Part shown: positions 13,809-27,237 of the stretch, piece by piece | Numbering within the stretch: the stretch's first letter is position 1 | Layout: each line of letters starts with the position of its first letter | Assembly: GCF_964213995.1 (NCBI RefSeq) | Contig: NC_135811.1 | Coordinates: 32,984,001-33,048,000 of the forward strand | Origin: Mustelus asterias | Lineage: Eukaryota | Reading direction: 5' to 3' | DNA length: 64,000 bases | Position numbers and translations under genes: made by a program | Notes under the pieces: generated by a model | Database searches by the model: none | What the model saw: the letters and a program-made list of their open reading frames with translations, nothing else | What the model was told of the DNA's origin: nothing

Positions 13809-14705
13809 GCTAACTATAACAATGGAATGATTTTAAAATAAAAGGCAAACCATAAGCCAGTATCTTTAGTAAGGCTTGAAGGAGCACTAATTGAATGCTT
13901 CCCAGAGCTTCAATAGCTCCAAGGGCGAGCGAGTCACCTGACACTTCCACCACCACCCCCTATAAAATTTCAGACAGGTCAGAGGGTGCGTGTAGATAGT
14001 GGTAGGCCACTCATGGGATTTTATGAGACCCCCCCTCCCCTGCCTTCTGATCCACTGGCAGGGGAGGGTAAAATCCAGTTCCACGCAAAACTCAGAAAGT
14101 GCACTTTATCCTGGACAAACACAGATGAATATACACTTCACAACTGTAAATGATTCATTAAGACACGTGAACAAGAAAAATGTTGGAAAAAGATGTGCCT
14201 CAACAACTCACATACGACTGTAATATGCCCCTCTCCCATGTTATACACTACCCAAATAAAAACAGAAAGGCGTGCATTAGAACAAGGAGTCCAAATGAGT
14301 CGCTGTAAAGCACTCAAAGTAATTGGCACAACACGGAAAGGATACAGTGAGAGACAATCATACTGTATATAGTTTAGTAGCTCTCATTTTTACCGCATAG
14401 GGTAGGATCATTACACAGAACTAACATGGCCAACAACCTCAGCCCAGCTTGTATAGTTTATGGAACCGCTGCTTTGCAAAATAAAACAAGTAGAAGGAGA
14501 GATGTGGACGGATGATGCTTGCAGCAAGGTGCTAAACGTAGCTTTACCAGCAATCATGCCGGGGATCTATATTATTGTATGTGATGTTTGTGGAATCCAG
14601 TTCACTCCTAACAGCGAACGGTAATATTTAATGTCACGGTAGGTGAAGCTTTTAAACATTTGTTGCTGACAGCTTCAAACATCTGTCACAAATGTTAACT
14701 TTTAT

Positions 14706-15141
14706 GAACAAAGAACAATACAGCACAGGAACAGGCCCTTCGGCCCTCCAAGCCCGCGCCGCTCCCTGGTCCAAACTAGACCATTCTTTTGTATCCCTCC
14801 ATTCCCACTCCGTTCATATGGCTGTCTAGATAAGTCTTAAACGTTCCCAGTGTGTCCGCCTCCACCACCTTGCCTGGCAGCGCATTCCAGGCCCCCACCA
14901 CCCTCTGTGTAAAATATGTCTGTCTGATATCTGTGTTAAACCTCCCCCCCCTTCACCTTGAACCTATGACCCCTCGTGAACGTCACCACCGACCTGGGGA
15001 AAAGCTTCCCACCGTTCACCCTATCTATGCCTTTCATAATTTTATACACCTCTATTAAGTCTCCCCTCATCCTCCATCTTTCCAGGGAGAACAACCCCAG
15101 TTTACCCAATCTCTCCTCATAACTAAGCCCCTCCATACCAG
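14706..15141 (-). mobile_element. CR1 3' fragment, near-identical to the end of 38540-41258
   Basis: ORF 14936..15136 MEGLSYEERLGKLGLFSLE; gaacaaagaac tail. Confidence 0.9.
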
Positions 15142-16805
15142 GTACCAGGAAGTTCTGTTCTATGATCCACTAAAAATGGTATTAGAATCTTCCAGTACAT
15201 GGTGTGAGGCATGAAATGGTAATACCTTTGGTTACACTAAAATGCCAAAAGAGGTTCTAGTTAGCATTAGATCACTGCATTGAAATCATTGTATGTTAAC
15301 CACGTATACCACATTTCGTGCTGTCACTGTGCATTTGCTGCCCTTTGCAAATAGCATTGTCACCTATATTATTAATCTTTTTATATAAGCACTGGAGTTG
15401 AAGAGACTCAAACATATTGCTCAGTGCCTTTCAGTATCTAAGTTTCAATGATCATCGTAACATGTTGATAAGTATTCAGTAACTGCAGAAAGGTCAGCAC
15501 ACAATTGATTACACGACAATGCTGCCCATTTCTGTTCGCAGTGATAAGAGAGCAATTGGTTTCCAAAGGGGTTCCTCGGGAATCTCCAAGTGCCTTACAC
15601 CATAGATATCGATTAAAACCTATTTAGTGTGAACCTGAAAATCCCACTGAGTAACTAACCTTAACTCAATTGTTGTGAACATGAGTCACACATAAAGAGT
15701 GAGCCAATTCACTGCAAGATCTGCACGCAAACATAATTACTACTTTATATACAGATAAGTAATCAGCACAAGTATATTGTCCTGTAAACCACACCTCTAT
15801 TGCTGAACTTCCAATCATTTTATTCCTTTAATGCCATCTTAATGAAATTAACTTTATTTGCTACGAAGTAAGAAATATTTCTGCCCGGCAAGACTTTGGA
15901 CATATCGGAAAATGCTGCTTCCAAATGGATTTTCTGATTTTTAAAAGACATTTGTGATGCAGTGATGACATTTAAACTGCAGTGAAAATGTACTGGATAG
16001 TTTCCCCAATAGCTTAGTAAATAAACGTACCACTTTCAATGCAGTTAAAGTGCCACACTCAGTCTTAGTGACCCCTAGAGGGAAAAGCAGGGCAATGTAT
16101 AGCATCCTCTGACTCCCTCCAACCTTCCCTTAACCCACGCCACCCACCTCACCACAACCACTATCCATAGTCAAGTAACCTTCTTACTGCCGATACTAAC
16201 TTTAATTAAATGGGCGAGATGCTAATGGGTAGCAAGCAGCAGCTCTAGGTTCATATCGCAGCGTGAAACAACAGCAGAAAAGGAAAAAATTGGAAAGTGC
16301 AAAGTGTGCTGGAAAACAAAGAGGTTCATATTAAAACCATCAAATCATAGAAAGTGGTGAATTTTGCTGTGTTTTCTGAACAGCAATCAATTGTCTAATA
16401 ACTTAGCAATCCTTCCACTGTCCAAAATATTCCTTAGAACTGCAGTAACAGCAAACAGGTAGTAAATGCCACCAAATACAATGGGGATATCTTTCCATGA
16501 CTTTAAAAGGACTTCGGCCAATTCCTAGAATGCTTTATGGAATTGGATAGGAGCCTCAAAGATATAGGAGAAAATTTTCCAGTCCCGCCCATCATGGGAA
16601 TCGTCTCAAGTGGGATGGAACATTCGACTGACCGTTTAAAGGTTTGCTGACCTCAGCAGGAATTTCCATCTTGGGGCAGGCGTGACTGGAACATCCCACC
16701 CTTAGTGTGCTGTGCTGCTCTAGATCCCCTGAAGCTTTATTTACTTAGCCTGGTATAGGAACGATATGCAGCTTCTGTGATGTGTAACATCTACAAGATG
16801 TTCTG

Positions 16806-17149
16806 CGGCACGGTAGCACAGTGGTTAGCACTGCTGCTTCACAGCTCCAGGGACCTGGGTTCGATTCCCGGCTTGGGTCACTGTCTGTGTGGAGTTTGCA
16901 CTTTCTCCTCGTGTCTGCATGGGTTTCCTCCGGGTGCTCCGGTTTCTTCCCACAGTCCAAAGATGTGCGGGTTAGGTTGATTGGCCAAGGTAAAATTGCC
17001 CTTAGTGTCCTGGGATGCGTAGGTTAGAGGGATTAGTGGGCAAATATGTAGGGATATGGGGGTAGGGCCTGGGTGGGATTGTGGTCAGTGCTGACTCGAT
17101 GGGCCGAATGGCCTCTTTCTATGCTGTAGGGATTCTAAGATTCTAAGAA
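16806..17149 (+). mobile_element. HE1-like V-SINE with CR1-type tail
   Basis: ggcacggtagcacagtggttagcactgctgc...gggttcgattccc; tail gattctaagattctaag. Confidence 0.88.
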
Positions 17150-17898
17150 CTCATCTTTCCCCTTTCCTGACATCATTTTGAATTTAGCTCCGAGTCAAAT
17201 GGATCAACAAAGCAACAAGCAAATTGAAGTAGCTAATCACATTAAAGCATTCTCACAGACAGCAAAGCAGGAAACAAAAATCACTGAAGGCCTTCATTTT
17301 TAATTTAAATTGTACAGATTGCAAAATAAATGATTGAGATATGCAGGTGCATTGTTAGAGGTTATGTCAATAAATGTTTTAGAACTAATTCTGAAATTAA
17401 CTAGATTTTTAAAATCATTTCATAAATAAAATGTTTCACAGTAATTATGCAATTGGTCCATCATTAAAAACCCAGTTACAGCCCATTCACCAAGGGGTAA
17501 ATTTTTCAAGGGTTTTTACAGCAAGTAGCATTGAGACTAAGATGGAGAGCACAAAGTGGAAGCTCTTATCTGCTCAGTGATTTCTAATTGTTTGTAGTCT
17601 GGAGAAACTTCAAAAATGCACCTGATGAGAGAAGCAGAGAATCCCTGAAGCAACGTCTGGATTTCCATGTTGAACTGCACATGTGTAGGCACTAGGAGTT
17701 GCTGTCAGTTTCAGAAAAGTAATGATAGCAAATGCTGAGATTTTTGCTATCATTACTACAGCATAATACACGTCAATGTGTTTATATCCTCATGTAAATA
17801 TAGGGTAGTATATACATCAGTATGATTTATGGTCCATTGACACTTATTATTTTTGTACGTTAGAGGGAAAGGGAGTTGAAAATGGATGTCAGTCTAAG

Positions 17899-19375
17899 TC
17901 ATAGAGATTTACAGCATGGAAACAGGCCCTTTGGCCCAATTTGTCCATGCCGCCCAGTTTTTAATCACTAAGCTAGTCCCAATTGCCCACGTTTGGCCCA
18001 TATTCCTCTATATCCATCTTACCAAAGTAACTGTCTAAATGCTTGATGTGGATATGCAGGCGTTGGACTGGGGCGGGCACAGTAAGAGGTCTCACAACAC
18101 CAGGTTAAAGGCCAACGGGTTTATTTGGTATCAAGAGCTTTCGGAGCACTACTCCTTCAGGAGCTCACCTGATGAAGGTGAGAAGGTGAGTAGGTGAGTA
18201 GATGAGAAGGTGATGAAGTGGAACTCACCTGATGAAGCAGCAACGCTCCAAAAGCTCGTGATACCAAATAAACCTGTTGGACTTTAACTAAATGCTTTTT
18301 TAAAAAGACAAAATTGTACCCCGCCTCTACTCCTGCCTCTGGCAGCTCGTTCCAGACGCTCACCACCCTGTGTGTGAAAAAATTGCCCCTCTGGACCCTT
18401 TTGTATCTCTCCCCTCTCATTATGCCCTCTAGTTTTAGACTCCCCTGCCTTTGGGAAAAGGTGTTGATTATCTACCTTATCTACGCCCCTCATTATTTTA
18501 TAGACCTCTATAAGATCACCCTGAAGTCTCCTACACTCCAGGGAAAAAGGGCTAATCTATCCAGCCTCTCCTTATAACTCAAATCATCAAGTCCCGATAG
18601 CATTCTAATAATTCTTTTCTGCACTCTTTTTAGTTTAATAATATCCTTTCTATAATAGGGTGACCAGAACTATACATAGTATTCCAAGTGTGGCCTTACT
18701 AATGGCTTGTACAACTTCAACAAGCCATCCCAACTCCTGTATTCAATGTTCTGACCAATGAAATCATGCATGCCGAATGCCTTCTTCACCACCCTGTCCA
18801 CCTGTGATTCAACTTTTAAGGAGCTATGAACCTGTACTCCTAGATCTGTTTGTTCTATAACTCGCCCCAATGCCCTACCATTATCTGAGTAGGTCCTGCC
18901 CTGATTTGATCTACCAAAATGCATCACCTCACATTTATCTGAATTAAACTCCACCTGCCATTCATTGGCCCACTGGCCCAATTGATCAAGATCCCATTGC
19001 AATCCTAGATAACCTTCTTCACTGTCCACTATGCCACCAATCTTGGAATCATCTGCAAACTTACTAACCATGCCTCCTAAATTCTCATCCAAATCAGTAT
19101 ATAAATAACAATTAACAGTGGACCCAGCAATTATCCCTGAGGCACACCGCTGGTCACAGGTCTCCAGTTTGAAAATCAACCCTCTATAATCACCCTCTGT
19201 CTTCTGTCGTCAAGCCAATTTTGTATCCAATTGGCTACCTCACCCTGGATCCTGTGAAATTTAACCTTATGCAACAACCTACCATGCGGTACCTTGTCAA
19301 AGACCTTGCTAAAGTCCATGTAGATAACATCGACTACACTTCCCTCATCTAGCTTCTTGGTTACCCCTTCAAAAG
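17899..19375 (-). mobile_element. 5'-truncated CR1 LINE, same subfamily as 52099-54420
   Basis: ORFs 19176..19397 and 18670..19179 with DFSKVFDKVPH and FADD; tail at 17899; interrupted by the hairpin element 18045-18287. Confidence 0.92.
18045..18287 (-). mobile_element. Penelope-like hairpin element with two damaged hammerhead motifs
   Basis: Family tail inverted at the left end; inverted arms; TSD ctaaatgctt at 18035-18044 and 18288-18297. Confidence 0.8.
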
Positions 19376-19412
19376 ACTCAAGTCTGGAGTCTGCCACAGT
19401 GACACCTCATAC

Positions 19413-20200
19413 CTGAGTCATCTTGGCAAGGTCAAGCGATGGCCTTTGATCTTCTTCTGGTCTGCGACGCTTCATCCCAACCTTCTGATCATTGTGGACA
19501 CACGGCTGTGATCGGCATCGGAGTAGTCGACTGGTCTGCTGCACACTCTCTGGATTTGCAGCAGACTTACCCATGGTAGATGGTGCGCTGAGCTCCAGCA
19601 CAGATATCTGTTCATGAGATACAGAGAGAGGTCGCAGGAGATTGATCCCGGACGCAGCCCCTGAACTGGAATCAGGGCGCAGATCATCTTGAAACCTTCC
19701 AAAAGTGGGTGAGGTCCAAAAGCCCTGCCTCTGGGGGCACACAGACCTGGTGCTGGTAGCCAAGGGTTCATATGAGAAAGAAAAGACATTGGATCTTGAA
19801 GGCAGACTAAAACTTGAGCTCCTCTGCATTGTGGATACCCCATTTGAACAATGCTGCACACTGCTCCCACTGTGGCAGCGTCTTTTATCCACTGGAGTCC
19901 ACACCTTTGACCCGCTAGGTTTCCACGGCGACCGACAGCTTGAAAGTTCATCTGAAAATGACAGCGACCTACACTGCCGTTTGCTAGGAGGTGCTGATGG
20001 ATGGCCATTTCGATCAGTGAGGCTGAGGTCTTTGATTAAACTGGTTACAGCAGATGTTGGGTTTGAATCACTTGGCCAAGCGGTATTCTCTTGACACTCC
20101 TCCGAGCTGGTCAAACAAGTCCAAGGTGAATCCAGATTATTGGTGGCTTGCTCAAGGTCGATTTGACACTTTCTGGTGATGTCTCTCCACCGATCCCCCT
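19413..20200 (-). CDS. FAM53B: FAM53B large internal coding exon (FAM53 domain)
   Basis: ORF 19407..20114 has AVTSLIKDLS, PSAPPSKRQCRSLSFSDE, GSKVWTPVDKRRC, MQRSSSFSLPSR, RSQPCV, KRRRPEE and RPSLDLAKM. The frame extends to a phase-1 acceptor (T-rich tract, aaag|AG GGG GAT CGG TGG = GDRWRD) and ends at CAG|gtatga. 78+55+788 = 921 nt, in frame. Confidence 0.95.
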
Positions 20201-20555
20201 CTTTTCAGTTCAAATAAAACAAAACAAAAAAGGATTTTATTAGTCTGAACCCTGATGCCACAACATGGATTAGTTCTTAAGGAAACATTTGAAAACAAAT
20301 TGATCTTAACTTAAATCTGCCTTTTAAGCATAAATATTTATTCCAGTCCTTTAAAAGAGGTTTTCTAAAAAAATAAATAAATAGGAAACGAGAAACAGAG
20401 GAGATGATCGTTTAGCTCTGGACTATGTTCTGCCGCCATGCAGAGAGATCATGACTGATCAGCAATCCAGCTTCACATGCTCATCTTTGCTTCATATTCT
20501 GCAATACCAGGGCTTAATAAAAATCTGATCAATTTCAGTTTTAAATGTAATAAGT

Positions 20556-21020
20556 GATCTGGCGCCGACTGACCTGGCGCCGACTGACCTGGCGCCGACT
20601 GACCTGGCGCTAACTGACCTGGCGCTGACTGATCTGGCGCTAATTGATCTGGCGCTGACTGACCTGGCGCTGACTGACCTGGCGCTGACTGACCTGGCGC
20701 TGACTGACCTGGCGCTGACTGATCTGGCGCTGATTGATCTGGCGCTAATTGATCTGGCGCTGACTGACCTGGCGCCGACTGACCTGGCGCCGACTGACCT
20801 GGCGCCGACTGACCTGGCGCCGACTGACCTGGCGCTGACTGACCTGGCGCTGACTGATCTGGCGCTAATTGATCTGGCGCTGACTGACCTGGCGCTGACT
20901 GACCTGGCGCTGACTGACCTGGCGCTGACTGACCTGGCGCTAATTGATCTGGCGCTAATTGATCTGGCGCTGACTGACCTGGCGCTGACTGACCTGGCGC
21001 TGACTGATCTGGCGCTGAAA
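20556..21020. repeat. 15-bp minisatellite, 31 units (GAYCTGGCGCYRAYT)
   Basis: Exact 15-nt period from 20556 to 21006; 20 gacc-type and 11 gatc-type units. Confidence 0.98.
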
Positions 21021-21115
21021 GTGATTTCTGAAAGAGAATTCCAAACTTCTATCATCCTTGCCGTGTAATAGCATTTCTTAATTTTACTCCACAAAGGGCT
21101 GGCTCAAACATTTGA

Positions 21116-21241
21116 GGCTGGAATTTTACCGTCCCGTCCACCACGGTAATCAGAGCAGGCGAGGGGTGAACAATGGGAAGCTCCGTTGACCTCAGGCAGG
21201 ATTTTACAGTTTCAGGACAAGCGAGGATGTAAAATCCCGCC
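21116..21241. mobile_element. Short MITE
   Basis: ggctggaattttac / gtaaaatcccgcc. Confidence 0.65.
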
Positions 21242-23580
21242 AGACTTACTTTCATTTTCAACTCCCTTTCCCTCAAGACCAGTAAATCTTAGGAGTGGAT
21301 TTCCATTCCTGTGTCCTGATCTTGATGCCAGGATGAACTCTGAATGTGGAATCTGGAGACGTGACGGCGGAACCCTGGAAGAGATTTTCAAGGAGATTGC
21401 CAATTAGGTGGCAGCCTCCCGGAGACTCATCCAACTAAGGACAGTGGCTGGGCTCCAAAGGCTGGGCTCCAATAGGAGGCGCTCCAACACTGCAAGACTG
21501 GCAGCACCATCGTAATAGATGGAAGCTACCTATGTATGTAGGAGAAAGGTAAGGTGTCTCATGGTTGAGGTATCCATTGAAGACTTTTGGTAAATTCATG
21601 AATTAAAAGAGACCACAGCTGCCAGGCCATCATCAGGGAAGGTCAACCAATGGATGTCCAGTAGTCAGAGCTGTGGCCCTACAGCTAAAGCAAATGCAGG
21701 ATGGCTGCCCAGTCTGCTACTATCCCTTGGCAAGTGTTTGCTTCCCGATTGGAAAACTCCGATTGATGTTGGCAGGTTAGCCATAATACATCCTTTTGGT
21801 AGCCTGATAGACACCTCCCCCCACCCCTCCCAAACCCGGTCCAGTCTGTTCCAAAATGGCCTGGAGATGAGAACAGACCAAAAAGCTGGCATGCCAGTCA
21901 GTGATGGGAAGATGGGGAATTGCCAGCCCTCACTCCTCTGGTCCTGCCTTCACAGCCAACTGAAAATGTGGGCCTTAGACTCCCCGACCAGCTGAAACTG
22001 CTTTTTCTGTTTACCCCATGTGTTCCCCTTAATAGCTTGAACAATCCCACCAAACTTCCCCTTAACCTTCTAAATTTCAGGGAATACAACCCTAGTTAGC
22101 ATAATCTTGGCTTGTAATTTGTTGCTTGGGGTCCGAGTATCATTCTGGTAAATCTATGCTGCAATTCCTACAAGGCCAATTTATTCTTCCGAGATGTACT
22201 CCAGGTAGTGATCTAACTAGAGCTTGGAAAGATGCAACCTGACTTCTACCCATTGTATTTTAGTTCTAGATATAAAGGCCAACATTCCACTCGCCTTTCT
22301 AATCATTTTTTTCAAAGTATTTTAATGACCTATGCACCTGGACCATCAGGCCTCTTTGGACCACCACCTTTTCCAGCTGTTCACCATTTAGGAAAATCAT
22401 TCTGTCCTGTTTAGGTCCAAAGCAGATGGCCTAATATTTGTCTGCACTGAAATTAATTTGTCTCAGTTTGCGCTATTCACTTAATCTATCAATAATGTTA
22501 GAATCTTACATTTCCACTTACACTGCTCACAGTGCCACCTACCTGTATCGTCGACAACTCAGATTTGTGGCTTTCTACCCCATCATCTAAGCTGTTAATA
22601 AATATGGCGCCCATTTGAGGTCCCTAAAATGATCGCACACTGTCAATTAGCATATAGGTCCACTATCCCCATCAATAATTTGCCTTCAAATCCACGAACT
22701 TCGACTTAAGTCGACAGTTTCTTATGAAGGACTTCATCAAATGCCTTCTGAAAGTCCATATGAAAAATATTCAGAAGTTTCCTTGTCCACTACTTTAGTG
22801 GTCACTTTGAAAAAAAAGTCAATCAGATTCATCAAGCATGACCTCCCTTTACCAATCCATTTGAATGATTCCATTCTGGGCTAGAACTTTCCGTTCTTCC
22901 ATCAAATCGTGGGTCAAATATGGGACAATACTTGTTCACTATTGAGATCATCAGCAACGTGGGATAGATGAGAGCAGTCATGTTGAGGTAATACTACCCC
23001 AACATTTTCCAAGTCACTTCAACAAAAAGTAAGTAACCTGCATTAGCTACATTGAAACTGGGTACTAGGACTGATTCCTCGGCTGAAAATAATTGCTAAA
23101 TATTTAATCTTCCTCCCCTAGCAACATAATCTCAGTGTTAGTTGTTCCCCTACCAACCTGACTACATCAACAAGCATATTGTTCTTACAAGTGGGAGGTT
23201 ATGTCAAAGATTAAGGACAGTGTGTCTTCAGAGATTTCTTTATTTAAAATTAGTACATTCCACAGACATGCCGCATAATCCAAACAGTGTTAGAAGCTAT
23301 CTATATATACTTAGCAGCATCTCTCAGTAACCTCTTATTGCTGTTTGAATTATTTTCAAGCTACTGTGCTAAATAAGGTCTGCGAATAGATATTTTGGGC
23401 TGCACTTCTCCTGTTATGACTACACGATATTCTGCCACGAAAGTGCGGGGATGGTTGGATATTTCCATTCACATGGCCATGACGCTAACCAGTAGTCGCA
23501 AAGCATTAGAGGAATTAGAAGCAACTGGGAGGTGCTGATTAGCACACAAATGTCCCTTTTTTATTGCATTTAGCATTATA

Positions 23581-23859
23581 GGTCAATTCAGTAAAAAGTA
23601 GTTCTTCTTTTGGGAATCTGAATTCACCACAAACTTAAACAGCTCCAACCTGCCAAAATGGTTGCTTCTCAATGTTTATGACAAGCGATTCTGTGAAGTA
23701 AAACATTCCATAACAAACCCTGCAAATTTCTACATGTACAACACGTTAAATTTTACTGTTTGACTCGAGCAATGAAACTTTAATAGTCCCAGTGTGTCCT
23801 GAACAACACCACGTTTGGATTAATGAAAGGATTCAGTTCAAAGTGGCTTCAACCTGCAC
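23581..23859 (+). repeat. Probable source copy of the segment duplicated at 5786-6058
   Basis: Sits in otherwise unique-looking intronic DNA. Confidence 0.85.
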
Positions 23860-23899
23860 TATGGATTGGAGCGTATGTACTTTCCACCAACACATCAGT

Positions 23900-24135
23900 G
23901 AAGTACTGCAGGGGTCCTGCATTGTTGAAAGGGCTGTCTTTCAGAGGAAACATTAAACAAATGCCTTGTTTGTTTGTTCAGACCGACATGTCGTGCATCA
24001 AAAACTCAAATGGTACCCACAACCAGAATAAATTAACAGCTTTAGCCCTGCTGCAAGTATTTGCCTACATTACAGCAGTGACCACACTCTCATAGGCTGT
24101 GAAGCACATCCCGAGGAGGTGGGAAGGTACAACAT
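23900..24135 (+). mobile_element. Decayed Deu-core SINE (SacSINE1/AmnSINE1-like)
   Basis: gtgaagtactgcaggggtcctgcattgttgaaagggctgtctttcagaggaaacattaaac resembles the recalled Deu domain. Confidence 0.55.
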
Positions 24136-24300
24136 GAAGGTCATTTTCCCCCTTTATTTCTTTCAATAACAAACCACAAGGAGTGAAAACTGTACCCAAA
24201 AGATCCTTCGTGGCAATAATCTGCATTTTGAAGAAAGATTAGGGAACTTTGAACTCCTCAGCTTCGAAAGGAAATATTTATGAGGTGATTGCATATGGGG

Positions 24301-24608
24301 AGGCACGGCGGCATAGTGGTGAGCACTGCTGCCTCACAGCGCCAGGGACCCGGGTTCGATTCCCGGCTTGGGTCACTGTCTGTGTGCAGTTTGAACATTC
24401 TCCCCTTGTCTGCGCACGTTTCCTCCGGGTGCTCCTGTTTCCTCCCACAGTCCAAAGACGTGCTGGTTAGGTGCATTGGCCGTGCTAAATTCTCCCTCAG
24501 TCGACCCAAACAGGCGCTAGAGTGTGATGACTAGGAGGGTTTTCACAGTAACTTCATTGCAGTGTTAATGTAAGCCTACTTGTGACTAATAAATAAGCTT
24601 TAAACTTT
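24301..24608 (+). mobile_element. HE1-like V-SINE with alternative tail
   Basis: A/B boxes, V-core, aagcctacttgtgactaataaataa end. Confidence 0.88.
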
Positions 24609-25110
24609 ATCATAAAAGGTATACAAGAGATTAGAAACAATATGGAGAAAGTGCAGAACTATATTTGTTGCATCATAAATCAACCTTTCATGATATTACA
24701 TCAAATGGACCTTGAGTTTCACTTGCAGAGAATCAGCAAGGGTCTGAATGCCCTCCCCCTTTGCTGCACTTTGTGATTCTATCCATGCAGAAATGTCGAT
24801 TTCAGTTTCCAATCAATGTTTCGATTATTCTAGGACTTGTACATGGGAACAACTCGAGTTTATACTGCCATGAGTTCAAACTAATAAAAATATATATTTA
24901 GAGCTGATATCAGAATGTTGTTCCTCAAGTATTAGCTCCTTTGTAAGCCAACCATACAGCTGGAAAGGAGTTGGTTTGGACCCAACACCCAATTTACGCA
25001 GTGCCCACTCTTATGCTCCACTGAAATCAGGGGAGTTGTAAATCGAGAATCCAATCTGAACCCACCATATTCTTGCCAGGCAGGCAATGTTAAAACCTGG
25101 ACTATGGAGT

Positions 25111-25400
25111 TTAAAGTATTAACTTTATTTATTAGTGTCACAACTGGGTTTACATTAACACTGCAATGAAGTTGCTGTAAAAATCCCCTAGTCGCCACAC
25201 TCTGGCACCTGTTCGGGTACACCGAGGGAGAATTTAGCATGGCCAATTCACCTAACCAGCACGTCTTTCGGACTGTGGGAGGAAACCGGAGCACCCAGAG
25301 GAAACCCACACAGACACGGGGAGAACGTGCAGACTCCATGCAGACAACGAACCCAAGCCAGGAATCGAACCCAGGTCCCTGGCGCTGTGAGGCAGCAGTG
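25111..25400 (-). mobile_element. HE1-like V-SINE with alternative tail
   Basis: Inverse copy of 24301-24608, with a slightly truncated head. Confidence 0.85.
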
Positions 25401-26794
25401 TGCCGCAGAGCGATCAATTCCCTAATAAAATACTAGAGATTAAAAACCCAGAATCAAGGATGCTTGCTACCATTGAGAGATTTCAATCTGTTTGAATGGA
25501 TGAACTATTATGGGCTGAATGGTCGTCCTTATCCATGATTATCTTATGATTTTGTGAACAACTCTCAGTGCTCCCGTGGCAACGTAGGCCGGCACTGTAG
25601 ACAACGCTACTTTAAGCCCCTGATTCTCGTTCATTTGAATAGGAATTAAATTGTTTAAACAGTATGATGAATGACTGATATATGACACAATAATTATAGC
25701 CTTCAGTGGTTGTTCAGTTCATCGCAAGCTATTCTAAAGGCAAGTTATCAGTTCACAATGTGAATGCACTGATTTACTATTTTAACACCATAGGTTTATG
25801 GGTTTAAAACATGAGGACTAATGAATGTTTAATTTAAATATAAACTGTTATGCAGATCCAAGGGGCTTTTATCATGCCTTTTATCTGCTCTCCATCAGGT
25901 ACCAATTCAAAAGTCTTCCAAACAGTGATTAAATATTCAATTCGGAAAGCTCTCTTCTCAACCCCTACAATAATTAAATTTAGGAGTCAAACATGGAGCG
26001 ATTTTGAAATTTCAGCGCATCTACATAATTCAAATTAGTAAATGGCTCCGAAACAGATCGATTCCAAAATTGGTTGCAATATATAATAAATAGGAATCAA
26101 GTGATGCAATCTGACAATTAAATCAAGGAAGGAAGGAGACAAGGATACAGTTTTATTCAGCATTTGTCATTTGATCCGGAACAGAATTAAAAGGGTGATT
26201 AATGTGTCAACACGGTACACAGTGCACGCAATGCCACAACATGCCCAAGCCTGTAACTCCATCATCACATGGCAAACTGACAGCTCTGGATAAGTCACAG
26301 GACAGGGCACTAAGTAAAGACGAAGGGAAATTCTTCCGAGAAAATTCAGTCCCAATATCACCCTGGGCTACTCCTGTACGCTGGCTGCAGATGGATTGGA
26401 AGGGATCTGGGAAGAGATTACTTACATGCCAATTAAGCCAGGGAATAATTCATGAGAAGTTGCTGAAGTGGCAAGGAGAAATGTGACTCATACACAAGGG
26501 GGGAATAAATGAGAAGCCAATCCTTCCCCCAGCATGCACAACACAGTTTGGAAAGGAAAAGTTGAAGAAAGAAGAGTGAAGTCCACAGATACAGAAGTAA
26601 TCCCTGAAATAAAAGGGATCGATTTATTTTTTACAAAAGGGTAGCATAAATTTTAAACACAATATGTTTATTTTGCTGGTTTATCTATTTTTGTGGCAAT
26701 TTGAGATTTTGGTTTTAATAAGGAAGAGAGAGGCAGGGTAGTGAATTTTAGTGGATTAATGTTGAGATTCTGGTTGTATCACAGCTTGGTAGGG

Positions 26795-27237
26795 CTCCTG
26801 CTCTGCCCCAGACCGCAAGGAACTACAAAAGGTTGTGAATGTAGCCCAATCCATCACGCAAACCAGCCTCCAATCCATTGACTCTATCTACACTTCCCGC
26901 TGCCTCGGCAAAGCAGCCAGCATAATTAAGGACCCCACACACCCCGGACATTCTCTCTTCCACCTTCTTCCATTGGGAAAAAGATACACAAGTCTGAGCC
27001 CACGTACCAACCGACTCAAGAACAGCTTCTTCCCTGCTGCTGTCAGACTTTTGAATGGACCTACCTTGCATTAAGTTGATCTTTTTCTACACCCTAGCTA
27101 TGACTGTAACACTATATTCTGCACTCTCACCTTTCCTTCTCAATGAATGGTATACCTTGTCTGTATAGCGCGCAAGAAACAATACTTTTCATTGTATGTT
27201 AATACATGTGACAATAATAAATCAAATCAAAATCAAA
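26795..27237 (+). mobile_element. Rex1/Babar-type LINE 3' fragment
   Basis: ORF 26835..27074 YTSRCLGKAASIIKDPTHPGH...RLKNSFFPAAVRLLN resembles Rex1 C-termini; aataaatcaaatcaaaatcaaa tail. Confidence 0.75.

Larger units (their letters stand above)
20390..22865 (-). mobile_element. Old CR1 RT/3' remnant interrupted by a minisatellite and MITE-like inserts
   Basis: Minus-strand remnants MDFQKAFDEVLHK (about 22720-22760), YSLKFRRLRG and IEVWNSL. Confidence 0.7.

Noticed and set aside
16806-16875. tRNA genes (here and at the other SINE heads)
   Set aside because: A/B boxes continue into the SINE core and tail; no complete cloverleaf evident.
1-19400. Final FAM53B coding exon (expected ...LDIEQIEKN-like end)
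   Set aside because: Not found by eye; probably beyond the left edge of the window.
19176-19412. FAM53B-RT fusion with the CR1 that starts about 40 nt past the exon donor
   Set aside because: Read-through meets GTA TGA immediately, and the CR1 frame is broken.
19472-20094. Alternative-frame and antisense ORFs (178 aa, 129 aa) over the FAM53B exon
   Set aside because: Shadow ORFs of a real exon with no recognisable motifs.
20556-21020. CRISPR-like array
   Set aside because: Contiguous tandem units with no unique spacers, in vertebrate DNA.
20492-21094. 200-aa ORF with SARSV repeats
   Set aside because: By-product of a stop-free 15-bp minisatellite inside a CR1 remnant; no splice or homology support.
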